Source: Sedimentisphaerales bacterium
Lineage (GTDB): Bacteria > Planctomycetota > Phycisphaerae > Sedimentisphaerales > Anaerobacaceae
Assembly: GCA_963708075.1 (NCBI GenBank)
Contig: OY970194.1
Location: 224,001-288,000, forward strand
DNA: 64,000 bases
Reading direction: 5' to 3'
Below the pieces are notes generated by a model. The model searched no databases, was not told the DNA's origin, and was given only the letters and a program-made list of their open reading frames with translations. This document shows, piece after piece, positions 1-9,469 of this stretch; position 1 is the stretch's first letter; each line of letters begins with the position of its first letter. The translations under genes were made by a program, and so were the position numbers.

Positions 1-170
1 ATCTGCTTCTGCAATTTCTGGGCAATCTGTCCCTGCTCGGCCCCTCGACGCTCGATGGTGGGCCGGGGCCCTCGTTCGCGCCCAGCGGGTGTTTTCTTGG
101 TCGTCTCCTGCCCAATGCCCGTCGAAGCCATCGCTACAGCCAGTAATAGAGCTATCGAAATCCTTCTCAT
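1..170 (-). CDS. Secreted protein, 5' part only (runs off the window)
   Basis: Manual translation from ATG at 170: MRRISIALLLAVAMASTGIGQETTKK..., a signal-peptide-like start; open to the window edge. Confidence 0.6.
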   Translation of the reverse strand, partial: MRRISIALLLAVAMASTGIGQETTKKTPAGRERGPRPTIERRGAEQGQIAQKLQKQ

Positions 171-338
171 AGTACGTACTCCTAACCAAACACTCATATG
201 CAGCGCACCGTGGATACTCCATCATACACGGCGAGCCATGCCCCTCAAGTCTACCATGCCGGCGCAGAAGTGCAACTGGGCTTTTACCCAGTTTGACAGG
301 ACGTATGCCGGGTACTTGTGAAGACTCACGACATGAAG

Positions 339-573
339 GACGGGTGGCAGCGGCAAGCGGAGCCGTTCATGGGCCTTCGGCGCACCCGAAGAGGATGAAA
401 ATGGCATGCTCTTCGTAGGTCGTGCGTCCTCGCACGACCCTGGGCGAGCGGGGACGCTCGCCCTACGCGGAGATCTGTCCGGCGTATTTTCAGAGGAGTC
501 TGCGGAGCTTGCCTGTGGTGTTCCGCAGTATATGTAAGCCATCGGCAAGCTGCGCTTGCCGCTGCCACCCGTC
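339..573. repeat. REP/REPIN-like composite inverted repeat
   Basis: Arms GACGGGTGGCAGCGGCAAGCG...CGCTTGCCGCTGCCACCCGTC; same family at 5258-5350 and 16737-16992; the inner GTAGGTCGTGCGTCC..CCTACGCGGAG module recurs at 41622-41735. Confidence 0.8.
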
Positions 574-581
574 ACCCATCT

Positions 582-1400
582 TCAGCGGATGGACAAAGCG
601 GCCTTCACTTCGCGGAGGAAGGCGGTGATTTCCCTGGCGGCCTTTTTCGGGTCATCCAGGGAATCCTCGATCATTCCCACGAGTTTGGAGCCGATGATTA
701 CGCCGTCGGCCCCGGCATCGGCAATCGCTTTCGCATGTTCGGGCGTGCTGACGCCGAACCCGACGCAGACCGGCACGCTCGTCACGCTCTTGAGCTTTGT
801 GATGAGCTTGTCCACGGTGTCGGAGAGGGTCGCCCGACTGCCTGTGACGCCCAGGAGGGAGACCGTATAGATGAAGCCGGTGGTCTTGGAGGCGATTCGC
901 TCCATCCGGCCGGGCTCGGTGTTCGGCGTGACCATGAAGACCGTGTCAAGCCCGGCGGACTGGGCCGGGGCGACGATCTCCTCCGCGTCGTCGATGCTCA
1001 GGTCGGCCACGAGCACGCTATTCACGCCCGCCTCGCGGAAGTCCTTGAAGAACTTCTCCACGCCGTACTGGTGGATGAGGTTGTAGTACATCAGCAGGCC
1101 GATGGGGATGTCGCTGTGCCCGGTGTGCGACGCTCTCAGCTCCCGGATGAACTCCAGGGCCTTGTGCGTGTTCATGCCGCTGCGGATCGCGCGAACGTCG
1201 GCTTTCTGGATCGTCGGACCATCCGCGATCGGATCGGAGAAGGGGATGCCCAGTTCGAGGACGTCCGGCCCGGCTTCCATGGCCGCCTTAACGATGGCAA
1301 GGCTTGTGGCGTAGTCCGGATCGCCGATCACGAAGAACGGGATCAGGGCGGCCCTCTTCTGGCTTTTCAATTCCCTGAATACTTGCTGATAGGTCTTCAT
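582..1400 (-). CDS. trpA: Tryptophan synthase alpha chain
   Basis: ELGIPFSDPIADGPTIQ, GVTG and VGFG motifs; start set at MKTYQQ (1400) because the upstream ORF extension is a heptamer repeat. Confidence 0.97.
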   Translation of the reverse strand: MKTYQQVFRELKSQKRAALIPFFVIGDPDYATSLAIVKAAMEAGPDVLELGIPFSDPIADGPTIQKADVRAIRSGMNTHKALEFIRELRASHTGHSDIPIGLLMYYNLIHQYGVEKFFKDFREAGVNSVLVADLSIDDAEEIVAPAQSAGLDTVFMVTPNTEPGRMERIASKTTGFIYTVSLLGVTGSRATLSDTVDKLITKLKSVTSVPVCVGFGVSTPEHAKAIADAGADGVIIGSKLVGMIEDSLDDPKKAAREITAFLREVKAALSIR

Positions 1401-1432
1401 AGTTGTATGTGCTCCACGAAGCCGGTGTCTGC

Positions 1433-1510
1433 ATTGCGGATTGTGGATTTCGGATTGCGGATTGACCGCCTGACCCGAATCCGCAATCCGCAATCATCAA
1501 TCCGCGATTG
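1433..1510. repeat. Inverted heptamer tandem repeat (GCGGATT / AATCCGC)
   Basis: ttgcggattgtggatttcggattgcggattg...aatccgcaatccgcaatc between trpB and trpA. Confidence 0.75.
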
Positions 1511-2681
1511 AGGCGCTTGTTGCTTTTTCCACGATGCCGACGTCTTTGTCGCCCCGGCCTGAGAGGTTCACGACGGCGATTGCGCCGGGGGCCAGCTTGC
1601 CCTTTTGACGCACGAGGTAGGCCAGGGCGTGGGTGCTCTCCAGCGCCGGAAGGATGCCTTCGAGCCTCGTGAACAGCCCGAAGGTGTCGAGGACTTCCCC
1701 GTCCTCTGCGGCGACGTACTCGGCCCGGCCGGTGTCTTTCAGGTAGCAGTGCTCGGGCCCGACCGCCGGATAGTCCAGACCCGCACTGATGGACTCGGTA
1801 TCGAGAACCTGCCCGTCTTCGTCCTGAAGCAGGTAGGCTTTGGCTCCGTGCAGGATGCCGACCCTGCCCGCGGATAGACTGGCCGCATGCTTGCCGGTGT
1901 GGAGGCCTTTGCCGCCGGCCTCGACGCCGATGAGTTTGACATCCTTGTCATCGAGGAAACCGGCGAACATGCCGATGGCGTTGCTGCCGCCTCCGACGCA
2001 GGCCAGCACCATGTCTGGCAGCCGGCCGATCTGTTCGAGGCATTGCCGCCGTGCCTCGACGCCGATGCAGCTCTGGAAACACCTGACAATCGTCGGATAC
2101 GGGTGCGGCCCTGCGGCGGACCCGAACAGGTAGAACGTATCGGTCACGTGGGCCGTCCAGTAGCGAAGCGCGTCGTTGATCGCGTCCTTGAGCGTCCCCG
2201 TCCCGCCCTCTACGGGCACGACCTCGGCGCCGCACAGCCTCATCTTGTGGACGTTGACGCTCTGCCGCGCGACGTCGGTGACGCCCATGAAGATCTTCGT
2301 TTCCATGCCGAGCAGGGCGCCGACCATCGACGTGGCCAGGCCATGCTGGCCGGCTCCGGTCTCCGCGATGAGCTTGCTCTTGCCCATGTATTTGGCGAGC
2401 AGGCCTTGGCCGAGCGTATTGTTGATCTTGTGCGCGCCGCCGTGCAGGAGATCCTCCCGCTTGAGGTACACCTGGAAGCCGACGTGCTCACTGAACCGCT
2501 TGGCGTGGTAGAGCGGGCTGGGCCGGCCCGCGTAGTCCCGGAACAGCTCGCTCAACTCCGCCTGGAATGTCTCGTCCTGGTAGAATCGCAGGAACGCCTC
2601 CTCCAACTCCTCCAGCACGGGAATCAGCACTTCCGGCACATAGTACCCGCCGTAATCACCATATCTGCCGTTGTATTTCAT
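1497..2681 (-). CDS. trpB: Tryptophan synthase beta chain
   Basis: [16 protein letters not shown] (PLP lysine), [31 protein letters not shown]. Confidence 0.98.
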   Translation of the reverse strand: MKYNGRYGDYGGYYVPEVLIPVLEELEEAFLRFYQDETFQAELSELFRDYAGRPSPLYHAKRFSEHVGFQVYLKREDLLHGGAHKINNTLGQGLLAKYMGKSKLIAETGAGQHGLATSMVGALLGMETKIFMGVTDVARQSVNVHKMRLCGAEVVPVEGGTGTLKDAINDALRYWTAHVTDTFYLFGSAAGPHPYPTIVRCFQSCIGVEARRQCLEQIGRLPDMVLACVGGGSNAIGMFAGFLDDKDVKLIGVEAGGKGLHTGKHAASLSAGRVGILHGAKAYLLQDEDGQVLDTESISAGLDYPAVGPEHCYLKDTGRAEYVAAEDGEVLDTFGLFTRLEGILPALESTHALAYLVRQKGKLAPGAIAVVNLSGRGDKDVGIVEKATSASIAD

Positions 2682-2735
2682 GCTCTTCGTGTCCTTTCGG
2701 ACATAGGACCTATGAGACTCATGGGACCTATGTCG

Positions 2736-3359
2736 CTATGCTCGCAAGTATTTTATGCTGTCAAACAGGGCCTTCATTTTCTTGTGGTCTTTCTTGCCGG
2801 GTGCGGCCTCGACGCCGCTGCAGACGTCGATTCCGTAGACGCCCAGCTCGACAGCCGCCACGGCGTTGGACGGGTTGATTCCGCCGGCGAGAAAGACCCG
2901 TTTGCCGATATGCCCGATGACGTTCCAGTCAAACGTGAGTCCCGTGCCCCCGTGCCGCTTGGGATCGTATGCGTCCAGGAGGATCGCATCGGTGAAGTAG
3001 TTGTTCACCTGCTGGAGGTCCCCGGCGTCCTTGACCCGCAGGGCCTTCATCAGCTTGGCGGTGTCGTACGTCAACCAGCGGCAGAACTCGGGGCTCTCCT
3101 CGCCGTGCAACTGGATCCAATCCAACTGGCACTGGCTGGCGACCTCGCGGACGTGCTCGATGGTGCTATTCACGAAGATGCCGACGACGTCGACGAACGC
3201 GGGGAGCTTGCGGATGATGGCCGCGACCTTCTCCGGCCGCACGTACCGCGGGCTCTTGGGGCAGAAATTGAAACCCAGCAGGTCCGCTCCCATGTCCATC
3301 GCGGCAGCCGCATCCTCGTAATTCGTGAGTCCGCAGATTTTCACTTTCGGTATCAACAT
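2736..3359 (-). CDS. trpF: Phosphoribosylanthranilate isomerase
   Basis: KVKICGLT, QLHGEE, GGTG, LAGG, DVCSGVE motifs. Confidence 0.97.
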   Translation of the reverse strand: MLIPKVKICGLTNYEDAAAAMDMGADLLGFNFCPKSPRYVRPEKVAAIIRKLPAFVDVVGIFVNSTIEHVREVASQCQLDWIQLHGEESPEFCRWLTYDTAKLMKALRVKDAGDLQQVNNYFTDAILLDAYDPKRHGGTGLTFDWNVIGHIGKRVFLAGGINPSNAVAAVELGVYGIDVCSGVEAAPGKKDHKKMKALFDSIKYLRA

Positions 3360-3389
3360 ACGTTCATCTCAAATGCCCGGTACGAATCC

Positions 3390-3478
3390 TGTCATCCTGA
3401 GGCGAAGCCGAAGGATCTGGCCATCGAATGAGAGGTTTCTCCTCCCGACCCAGATCCTTCGCTGCGCTCAGGATGACA
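3390..3478. repeat. REP-like palindrome
   Basis: TGTCATCCTGAGGCGAAGCCGAAGGATCTGG...CCAGATCCTTCGCTGCGCTCAGGATGACA. Confidence 0.8.
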
Positions 3479-3509
3479 CGCGAGGCGCACCAGTCAATTA
3501 TAGTCTGCA

Positions 3510-4529
3510 TCATACGGCGTTCGATATCTCAACGAGTCTCTCAAGACAGTGCCACGCTTTACCTTCGTCAATCGAGGCGGCTGCCAGGGGGATCGCCTGC
3601 TCGAAGCTGTCGGCCAGCTCCGCCACGATGATGGCGGCGGCGGCATTGATCAGGACAATATCGCGACGGGGGCCTCGCTCCCTGCCGGCCAGGATCTCCC
3701 GGATGACCGCTGCGTTGGCAATCGCGTCGCCGCTGCCGAGGGCATCGATGGATGCGTTGGCGATTCCGTAGTCGGTCGGGTCCAGCTCGAAGGACGTGAT
3801 CTCTCCGTCACGCAGCTCGACGATCTTCGTCTTGCCGAGGAGGCTGATTTCGTCCATGCCCTGACCGTGCACGACCAGGGCCCGCCGGGTCCCGAGCATC
3901 CGGAGACTCTCTGCGATTCTGTCAATCAGTTCCGCGTCGGCCACGCCCATCACCTGTGCCCGGACACCCGCCGGGTTGGCAAGAGGACCCAGTATATTGA
4001 ACGCCGTGCGAAAGTCCAGGCTCTTTCGAATCGGCTGGACGAATCGCATCGCCGGATGGAACTTCGGTGCAAACATGAAGCCGACGTGGGCCTCTCGAAT
4101 GCACGTGGCCACGATCTCGGGCCCCGGGTCGATGTTGACCCCGAGCTCATCGAGCACGTCCGCCGAGCCGCAACGGCTGGTGATGCCCCGATTGCCGTGC
4201 TTGGCCACGTAGGCCCCGGCGCCCGCCGCCACGAGCGCGGAGGTGGTGGAGATATTGAACGTCTTGACGACGGCGCCGCCTGTGCCGCACGTGTCGATCA
4301 GGTGCTCGAAATTGACTCGCACCGGCACGGCATGGTCCCGCAGCGACTGCGCCAGCCCGGCGATCTCGCCCGAGGTCGCCCGCTTCATTCGCATCATCGC
4401 CAGGAACGCCGCGATCTGCACCTCCGTCACCTGCCCCTCGAAGATCGTGTCCTGCAACTCCTTCGCCTGCTCGAACGTGAGGTCCTTGCCGTTGAGAATG
4501 ATCTCCAGGTACCTGGTTATCGTCGCCAT
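3510..4529 (-). CDS. trpD: Anthranilate phosphoribosyltransferase
   Basis: DTCGTGG, TFNIST, KHGNR, GSADVL, FNILGPLANP; start at MATITRY. Confidence 0.97.
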   Translation of the reverse strand: MATITRYLEIILNGKDLTFEQAKELQDTIFEGQVTEVQIAAFLAMMRMKRATSGEIAGLAQSLRDHAVPVRVNFEHLIDTCGTGGAVVKTFNISTTSALVAAGAGAYVAKHGNRGITSRCGSADVLDELGVNIDPGPEIVATCIREAHVGFMFAPKFHPAMRFVQPIRKSLDFRTAFNILGPLANPAGVRAQVMGVADAELIDRIAESLRMLGTRRALVVHGQGMDEISLLGKTKIVELRDGEITSFELDPTDYGIANASIDALGSGDAIANAAVIREILAGRERGPRRDIVLINAAAAIIVAELADSFEQAIPLAAASIDEGKAWHCLERLVEISNAV

Positions 4530-4531
4530 CG

Positions 4532-5143
4532 TCAGCTCTCCACCATCTGTTTGCGATTGACCGCGATTTGAAGCACGTTCTGGATGATCTTGCCGCCCGC
4601 AGGCGTCAGGATGCTCTCGGGATGAAACTGCACGCCGAAGATGGGCCACTGCCTGTGCTCGACGGCCATGACAATGCCCTCGAACTCGCCCGTCTTTTCG
4701 AGACAGTCCGGCAGGCTCAGAGCGGTGAGGCTGTGGTAGCGTCCCGCCTGCAGCGGATTCTCGACGCCGCGGAAGAGTCCCTTCTCGCTATGGGCGATCC
4801 GCGAGGGCTTGCCGTGCATGGGCTCGGGAGCATGGCCGATCTTGCCGCCGAAGTACTGCACGATGGTCTGGTGTCCCAGACACACGCCGAAGATGGGCAG
4901 CTTGTCCTTGAAATAGTCCACCGCATCGAGCGATACGCCTGCGGTATCCGGGTTGCCCGGCCCCGGCGAGATCACCAGCAGGTCCGGCTCGAACTCTGCC
5001 GCCACGGCTTTCAGGTCCTCGATGCTCGTATCCGCCCGGTACACCCGCGTCCGGCACTGCCGCTTGGCGAAGTCGTCCACCAGGTTGTACGTGAACGAGT
5101 CAAAATTATCGATGAACAGAACCTTCTTATCGATCGATTCCAT
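4532..5143 (-). CDS. trpG: Anthranilate synthase component II (glutamine amidotransferase)
   Basis: IDNFDSFTYNL, SPGPG, GVCLGHQ, RYHSL, QFHPES; start at MESIDKK. Confidence 0.96.
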   Translation of the reverse strand: MESIDKKVLFIDNFDSFTYNLVDDFAKRQCRTRVYRADTSIEDLKAVAAEFEPDLLVISPGPGNPDTAGVSLDAVDYFKDKLPIFGVCLGHQTIVQYFGGKIGHAPEPMHGKPSRIAHSEKGLFRGVENPLQAGRYHSLTALSLPDCLEKTGEFEGIVMAVEHRQWPIFGVQFHPESILTPAGGKIIQNVLQIAVNRKQMVES

Positions 5144-5171
5144 TGGAATACCCTTTACACCGTCTTTATAG

Positions 5172-5350
5172 CATGTCATTCCCGCGAAGGCGGGAATCCA
5201 GGAACCCATCGAATGGTCGTGGACCCCCGCCTCCGCGGGGGTGACATGATGAGTCGTCGGGTGGCAGCGGCAAGCGCAGCTTGCCGATGGTTTGACTGGC
5301 GCGCTGCACGCCATCGGCAAGCCCTTCGGCCTTGCCGCTGCCACCCGTCA
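5172..5350. repeat. Two adjacent REP-like palindromes
   Basis: TGTCATTCCCGCGAAGGCGGGAATCCAG...CCCGCCTCCGCGGGGGTGACA (half copy also at ~56509-56535), then CGGGTGGCAGCGGCAAGC...CTTGCCGCTGCCACCCG. Confidence 0.8.
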
Positions 5351-5376
5351 CAATCATAACGCTGCATCGCATGAGA

Positions 5377-6972
5377 TTACTTGCCTCGGATGGCTCTCAG
5401 GCACGATCTTGCTTTGTGCTCGGTTTCTTCAAACTCGGTCTTCGGGACGCTGTCGTGGACGATCCCCGCGCCGACACGGATGTACGCCGTATGGTCGCGG
5501 ACCTGCAGGCTTCGGATCGTGATGCAGCTATCGAACTGGCCGTCCACGGTCAGGTACATCACGGCCCCGCCGTAGTAGCCCCGCTTGTTCTTTTCGAGTT
5601 TCCGGATGATCTTCATCGCCTCAATCTTCGGGGCGCCCGTGAGCGTGCCCATGTTCATCGTGGCCAGGTACGCGCTCAGTGCGTCGAGATCGGGCCGGAG
5701 CGTGCCCTTGACGTTGCTCACTAGGTGCTGCACCGACTCGTATTTCTCCGCCGTCAGCAACTCGTTGACGACCCGGCTGCCCGGATTGGCCACGCGGGCG
5801 ATGTCGTTGCGGGCGAGATCGACGAGCATCATGTGCTCGGCCAGTTCCTTACGGTCCAGCTTCAGCTCCGCTTCATAGCGAAAGTCGGTGTCCACGTCGA
5901 TCTGGCCGTCGATGCGGCCGCGGGGCTTGGTGCCGGCGATTGGCCGGATCTCGACCTGTCGCGGCCCCGTCCCGCTGACTCGCAGGTTTAGCTCGGGACT
6001 GGAGCCCATCAATATCGTGTGCGGCGTATTCAAATAGAACATGTAGGGCGATGGATTCAGCTCGCGCAGACGCTTGTACACATCCAGCGGCTCGTCGGGA
6101 CAGGGCTCCGTGAGCGTGCGGCTCAGGACCACCTGGAAGATGTCGCCGTCGATGATGTGCCGCTTGGCCCGCTGGACCATCTCCTCGTATTCGCCCTGCA
6201 CGGTATCGGTCGAGGCCTGCGGCAGGGGGGCTGCGTGCTTGCGTCCCTTGGGTGGCTCGAACCGGGCCATATTAAAGTAGTAGTCGAAGCTGCTCTGGGC
6301 CTCCGCGATCACGGCCTCGCGGTCCCCGTTCGTGATCATGCAGTTGACCACGACGTAGCCCTGGTTGCTCTCGTGGTCCATCAGGAAGATGTTGTCGGCG
6401 AAGTACAGCTCGTAATCGGGATTGCCCAGCAGGTCGCTCTCGCTGGCGGGCAGCTTCTCGAACTGATCGACGAAATCGTAGCTTAGGGCCCCGAGCAGGC
6501 CGCATGTGACGCGGAAGGGCTTGCTCGCAAGTCGAAAGGCAAACGCCACCGCCCGCAGCACGTCCATCTGGTTCGTGGTGCGCAGCCGCGTCTGCTCGTC
6601 CACCATCGCGTCGCGCCGCTTGATCCGGCCGGTGATGGCCTCTGTCCCGAAGTCGATGGACTCGCAAAAGTCGAATCGCTCCCGGTGACCGGCCAGGTAG
6701 CTCAGGATGCGTCGGCCGGGTTTGCTCAGCGCCTTAATCGTGAACTCCGAGCCTGTCCCCGTGAGGTACAGGGCGGGACGCGCTGTGCCGAAGCTCAATG
6801 CCCGCGTCCCGGCCAGGTATTCGCGGGACTCCAGCAGGCAGCAGTTCTTGGCCCGGCCGTAATCGCTGAGCTTCGCGAAGAACTCCAGTGGGTCGTCCAC
6901 GTCGATCCGCTTGACAACCGGGACGATTTGCCCCGGCTCCGCGTTCTCTATGATCTGCCGATAATCTTCCAT
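5377..6972 (-). CDS. trpE: Anthranilate synthase component I
   Basis: LLES, GDIFQVVLS, NPSPYMFY, PIAGT, KELAEHMMLVDLARND, GTLTGAPK. Confidence 0.96.
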   Translation of the reverse strand: MEDYRQIIENAEPGQIVPVVKRIDVDDPLEFFAKLSDYGRAKNCCLLESREYLAGTRALSFGTARPALYLTGTGSEFTIKALSKPGRRILSYLAGHRERFDFCESIDFGTEAITGRIKRRDAMVDEQTRLRTTNQMDVLRAVAFAFRLASKPFRVTCGLLGALSYDFVDQFEKLPASESDLLGNPDYELYFADNIFLMDHESNQGYVVVNCMITNGDREAVIAEAQSSFDYYFNMARFEPPKGRKHAAPLPQASTDTVQGEYEEMVQRAKRHIIDGDIFQVVLSRTLTEPCPDEPLDVYKRLRELNPSPYMFYLNTPHTILMGSSPELNLRVSGTGPRQVEIRPIAGTKPRGRIDGQIDVDTDFRYEAELKLDRKELAEHMMLVDLARNDIARVANPGSRVVNELLTAEKYESVQHLVSNVKGTLRPDLDALSAYLATMNMGTLTGAPKIEAMKIIRKLEKNKRGYYGGAVMYLTVDGQFDSCITIRSLQVRDHTAYIRVGAGIVHDSVPKTEFEETEHKARSCLRAIRGK

Positions 6973-7025
6973 ATCCTCATCTCCCGCATTTCCCCTCTTA
7001 TCGGGACATGCCTGAGAATCCCTAT

Positions 7026-7058
7026 AAAAAAAGCAGCCTGCCGTTTCCGACAGGCTGC
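7026..7058 (-). terminator. trp attenuator terminator hairpin
   Basis: Minus strand GCAGCCTG-TCGGAAACGG-CAGGCTGC followed by a T7 run, upstream of trpE. Confidence 0.9.
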
Positions 7059-7119
7059 ACGATAGATTCGATTTTCTTCAGCGATTTCTTAAAGCAAAAG
7101 GATCGCTCGCCTGCCGGAT

Positions 7120-7179
7120 TTATCCTGCAGGCCACCACCAACCAAAAAACCCGAAGTTGTAGCTGCGATTCTGCCTCAT
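7120..7179 (-). CDS. trpL: trp operon leader peptide MRQNRSYNFGFFGWWWPAG
   Basis: 19-codon ORF with three tandem TGG codons upstream of antiterminator/terminator stems and trpE. Confidence 0.9.
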   Translation of the reverse strand: MRQNRSYNFGFFGWWWPAG

Positions 7180-7188
7180 AAGACTTCT

Positions 7189-7217
7189 ATTAGATCGTCC
7201 GCACGCGACTTTGTCAA
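7189..7217 (-). promoter_or_regulatory. Putative sigma70 promoter of the trp operon
   Basis: TTGACA-17 nt-TCTAAT on the minus strand, ending 9 nt before the leader ATG. Confidence 0.65.
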
Positions 7218-7242
7218 TAGAAAAAACCAGAAATTCGTCACA

Positions 7243-7320
7243 AAGTGTGAAGTGTGAAGTCAGGAGACTCGATTGCTCGCCTGTTCTACTTCAAACTTCA
7301 AACATCAAACTTCAAACTTT
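7243..7320. repeat. Inverted heptamer repeat (AAGTGTG / CTTCAAA)
   Basis: aagtgtgaagtgtgaagt...acttcaaacttcaaacatcaaacttcaaac; same family at ~15470-15560 and ~25015-25140. Confidence 0.7.
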
Positions 7321-7326
7321 TATCCG

Positions 7327-8067
7327 TCACCACTGCGCCTCGATATAAGGCCCGATGGGACCTTCCGGCTTGGGCTTGGGTCGCGACTTGAGGATTGCCT
7401 CGGCGATGGCGATGTCGGTCGGCTTGGTGATCTTGATATTCGACGCATCCGATTCGACGATAGCGACCTTGTGCCCGAGCGCCTCGACGAGGTACGCATC
7501 GTCCGTGACCGCAGCCTTATCGACATTCCCCAGGTTCTCATAGGCCTTTCGCAGCAGGGAGGTTTCGAATATCTGCGGCGTCTGGGCCTCGTACAGCCCG
7601 GCCCGGTCCACCGTCTTGACGATCACGCCGTCCTTGACCTGCTTGATCGTCGCCGTCACAGGAGCAGCGGGAATGGCGGCCCCGACCTCTGCGGCCTTGG
7701 CGATCACGTTGCCGATCAGCTCATCCGTCGCGCAGCACCGGCACGCATCGTGCACCGCGACAAGCTCAATGTCCGGCTTGAGCAGCTTGAGTCCCTCGAT
7801 GATCGTATCGAACCGTTCCCCGCCGCCGAAGAAGATCTTCACGTTGAAGAACTTGAGATTCGCGCCCCATTTGACGCTGACAATCTCCTCATCTTCCTTG
7901 GGGATTCCGACGAGCACCTGCTTGACGTCGTCGCGGCCGGAGAACAGCTCGACGCTCCGCAGAAAGACGGCCCGGCCGCTCACGTCCGTGAACTGCTTCT
8001 TCCGCTTGCCCCCGAACCGAGTCCCCGGCCCCGCCGCACAAACAATCGCCGCAACACTCTTAGCCAC
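7327..8067 (-). CDS. ispD: 2-C-methyl-D-erythritol 4-phosphate cytidylyltransferase
   Basis: AAGPGTRFGG..KKQF, GGGERFDT, VHDACR, AQTPQIF, TDDA, NIKITKPTD. Confidence 0.92.
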   Translation of the reverse strand: MAKSVAAIVCAAGPGTRFGGKRKKQFTDVSGRAVFLRSVELFSGRDDVKQVLVGIPKEDEEIVSVKWGANLKFFNVKIFFGGGERFDTIIEGLKLLKPDIELVAVHDACRCCATDELIGNVIAKAAEVGAAIPAAPVTATIKQVKDGVIVKTVDRAGLYEAQTPQIFETSLLRKAYENLGNVDKAAVTDDAYLVEALGHKVAIVESDASNIKITKPTDIAIAEAILKSRPKPKPEGPIGPYIEAQW

Positions 8068-8177
8068 CTGCTGCTCCTTGTCTCTGGGGAAGTTTGATTT
8101 TTGATGTTTGATTTTTGATTGAAAAGGCCGTGTGCCGCACCCACATCAACCATCAACCATCTAAAATCAACAACCCC

Positions 8178-8720
8178 CTAGTAGTCGATTCCTTCTCTTG
8201 CTCCTATGCCCTTATCAAACGGATGTTTGACGTTCTTCATCTCCGTCACGAGGTCGGCCATCGCGATCAACTCCGGCGTCGCGCCCCGGCCGGTCAGAAT
8301 CACTTCGACGCCCGCGTCTTTTTGTTCGATCAGCCGCCGGATATCCTCGATTCGCGCCAGGTCCATCGACAGGCAAAACACGATCTCGTCGAGAATCAGA
8401 ACGTCATAGGCTTTCTTCGCCGCCAGCTCCGTCAGCCCGACCAGCGCATCGCCGACAGCGGCCCTCGCCCCGTCGATATCCTGCTGATTGCGGAGCGACC
8501 TGAACAGGTTCCAGTACGCCTCCAGCGATTCCAGGCGAATGGGCAGGCCGCACCGTTCGACGGCCAGCCGCTCGCCCAACTCCAGCGTCGGCGGCTTCAA
8601 AAACTGAAAGACCAGCACCCGGTTCCCGCGTCCGGCCGCACGCAACGCCAGCCCGAACGCCGCCGTCGTCTTGCCCTTGCCGTCGCCCGTATAGACCTGA
8701 ACCAACCCTTTCTCAATCAT
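8178..8720 (-). CDS. cobO: Cob(I)yrinic acid a,c-diamide adenosyltransferase (CobO/BtuR)
   Basis: VYTGDGKGKTTAAFGLALRAAG, ILDE, ILTGR, ADLVTEM, KHPF..GIDY. Confidence 0.93.
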   Translation of the reverse strand: MIEKGLVQVYTGDGKGKTTAAFGLALRAAGRGNRVLVFQFLKPPTLELGERLAVERCGLPIRLESLEAYWNLFRSLRNQQDIDGARAAVGDALVGLTELAAKKAYDVLILDEIVFCLSMDLARIEDIRRLIEQKDAGVEVILTGRGATPELIAMADLVTEMKNVKHPFDKGIGAREGIDY

Positions 8721-8765
8721 CCCCCCATCATAATCCCACCCCCACCCCCCAAGAAACCGAAAACC
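8658..8765. repeat. 108-bp direct repeat, copy 1 (cobO 5' end plus upstream sequence)
   Basis: Identical by eye to 9470-9577. Confidence 0.9.
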
Positions 8766-8914
8766 GCCCTGCCCCCTGTAAAGGGACTCCCGGAAGGCAT
8801 AACCAATTGACCACCGGTCGCCAATCGGATAGGATCAAGCGGCTTGGATGTGGACTTCAGGCGATGAATCGCCCTTGAAGTCCTACGAGATTGGTGGTTC
8901 ATGTGGGCCAGCTA

Positions 8915-9238
8915 ATGGCAGACAAGATCTTGACTTTCATCCGGGAGTGCATCGAGCATCGACGGATACGATGGACGTATCACGTCAATATGCGCCTGAA
9001 GGGCCGGTTCATACCCCGTGAAGCCATCTTGGCCTCGACGGAAAGTTATGAGATCATAGAAGAATAGCCAGAAGACAAATACCTGCCGAGCTATCTTGTG
9101 TATGCCGAGCACGAAGGCGAGGTCTTTCACATTCAGATAGCGACCGATGTGGCAGGTAATAGCGTAGTAATTGTTACGGCGTACCGGCCGACTCCCGACA
9201 AGTGGGAGGCGGATCTCAAGACTAGGAGACGACCATGA
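8915..9238 (+). pseudogene. DUF4258-family putative toxin with internal stop codon
   Basis: MADKILTFIRECIEHRRIRWTYHVNMRL...YEIIEE*PEDKYLPSYLV...VTAYRPTPDKWEADLKTRRRP; TAG at 9065-9067 where the family normally has Tyr; ATGA overlap with the next gene. Confidence 0.8.
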
Positions 9239-9462
9239 TTTGTCATAATTGCGGCGGGCAATTGGAGAGCCTGATCACAAACCTGCCCTTCAAAATCGAC
9301 CACGACTCGATTGTCATCATCAAGGGCCTGCCTGTCCTGCAGTGCAGCAATTGCGGCGAATACCTCATCGACGATCCGGTGATGGAAAAGGTCGATAGTA
9401 TTCTGAGGAGAATCGATAGGACGACAGAACTCGAAGTGCTCACCTACGCCGCAACGGCGTGA
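9235..9462 (+). CDS. YgiT-type zinc finger protein (MqsA-like antitoxin)
   Basis: CHNCGG...VLQCSNCGE, 75 aa, translationally coupled to DUF4258. Confidence 0.85.
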   Translation: MICHNCGGQLESLITNLPFKIDHDSIVIIKGLPVLQCSNCGEYLIDDPVMEKVDSILRRIDRTTELEVLTYAATA

Positions 9463-9469
9463 GAAAGAC

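Noticed and set aside
9065..9067. Pyrrolysine or recoded TAG in the DUF4258 gene
   Set aside because: It is one base from a Tyr codon at a position where Tyr is expected; TAG ends other genes here and no pyl genes are seen.
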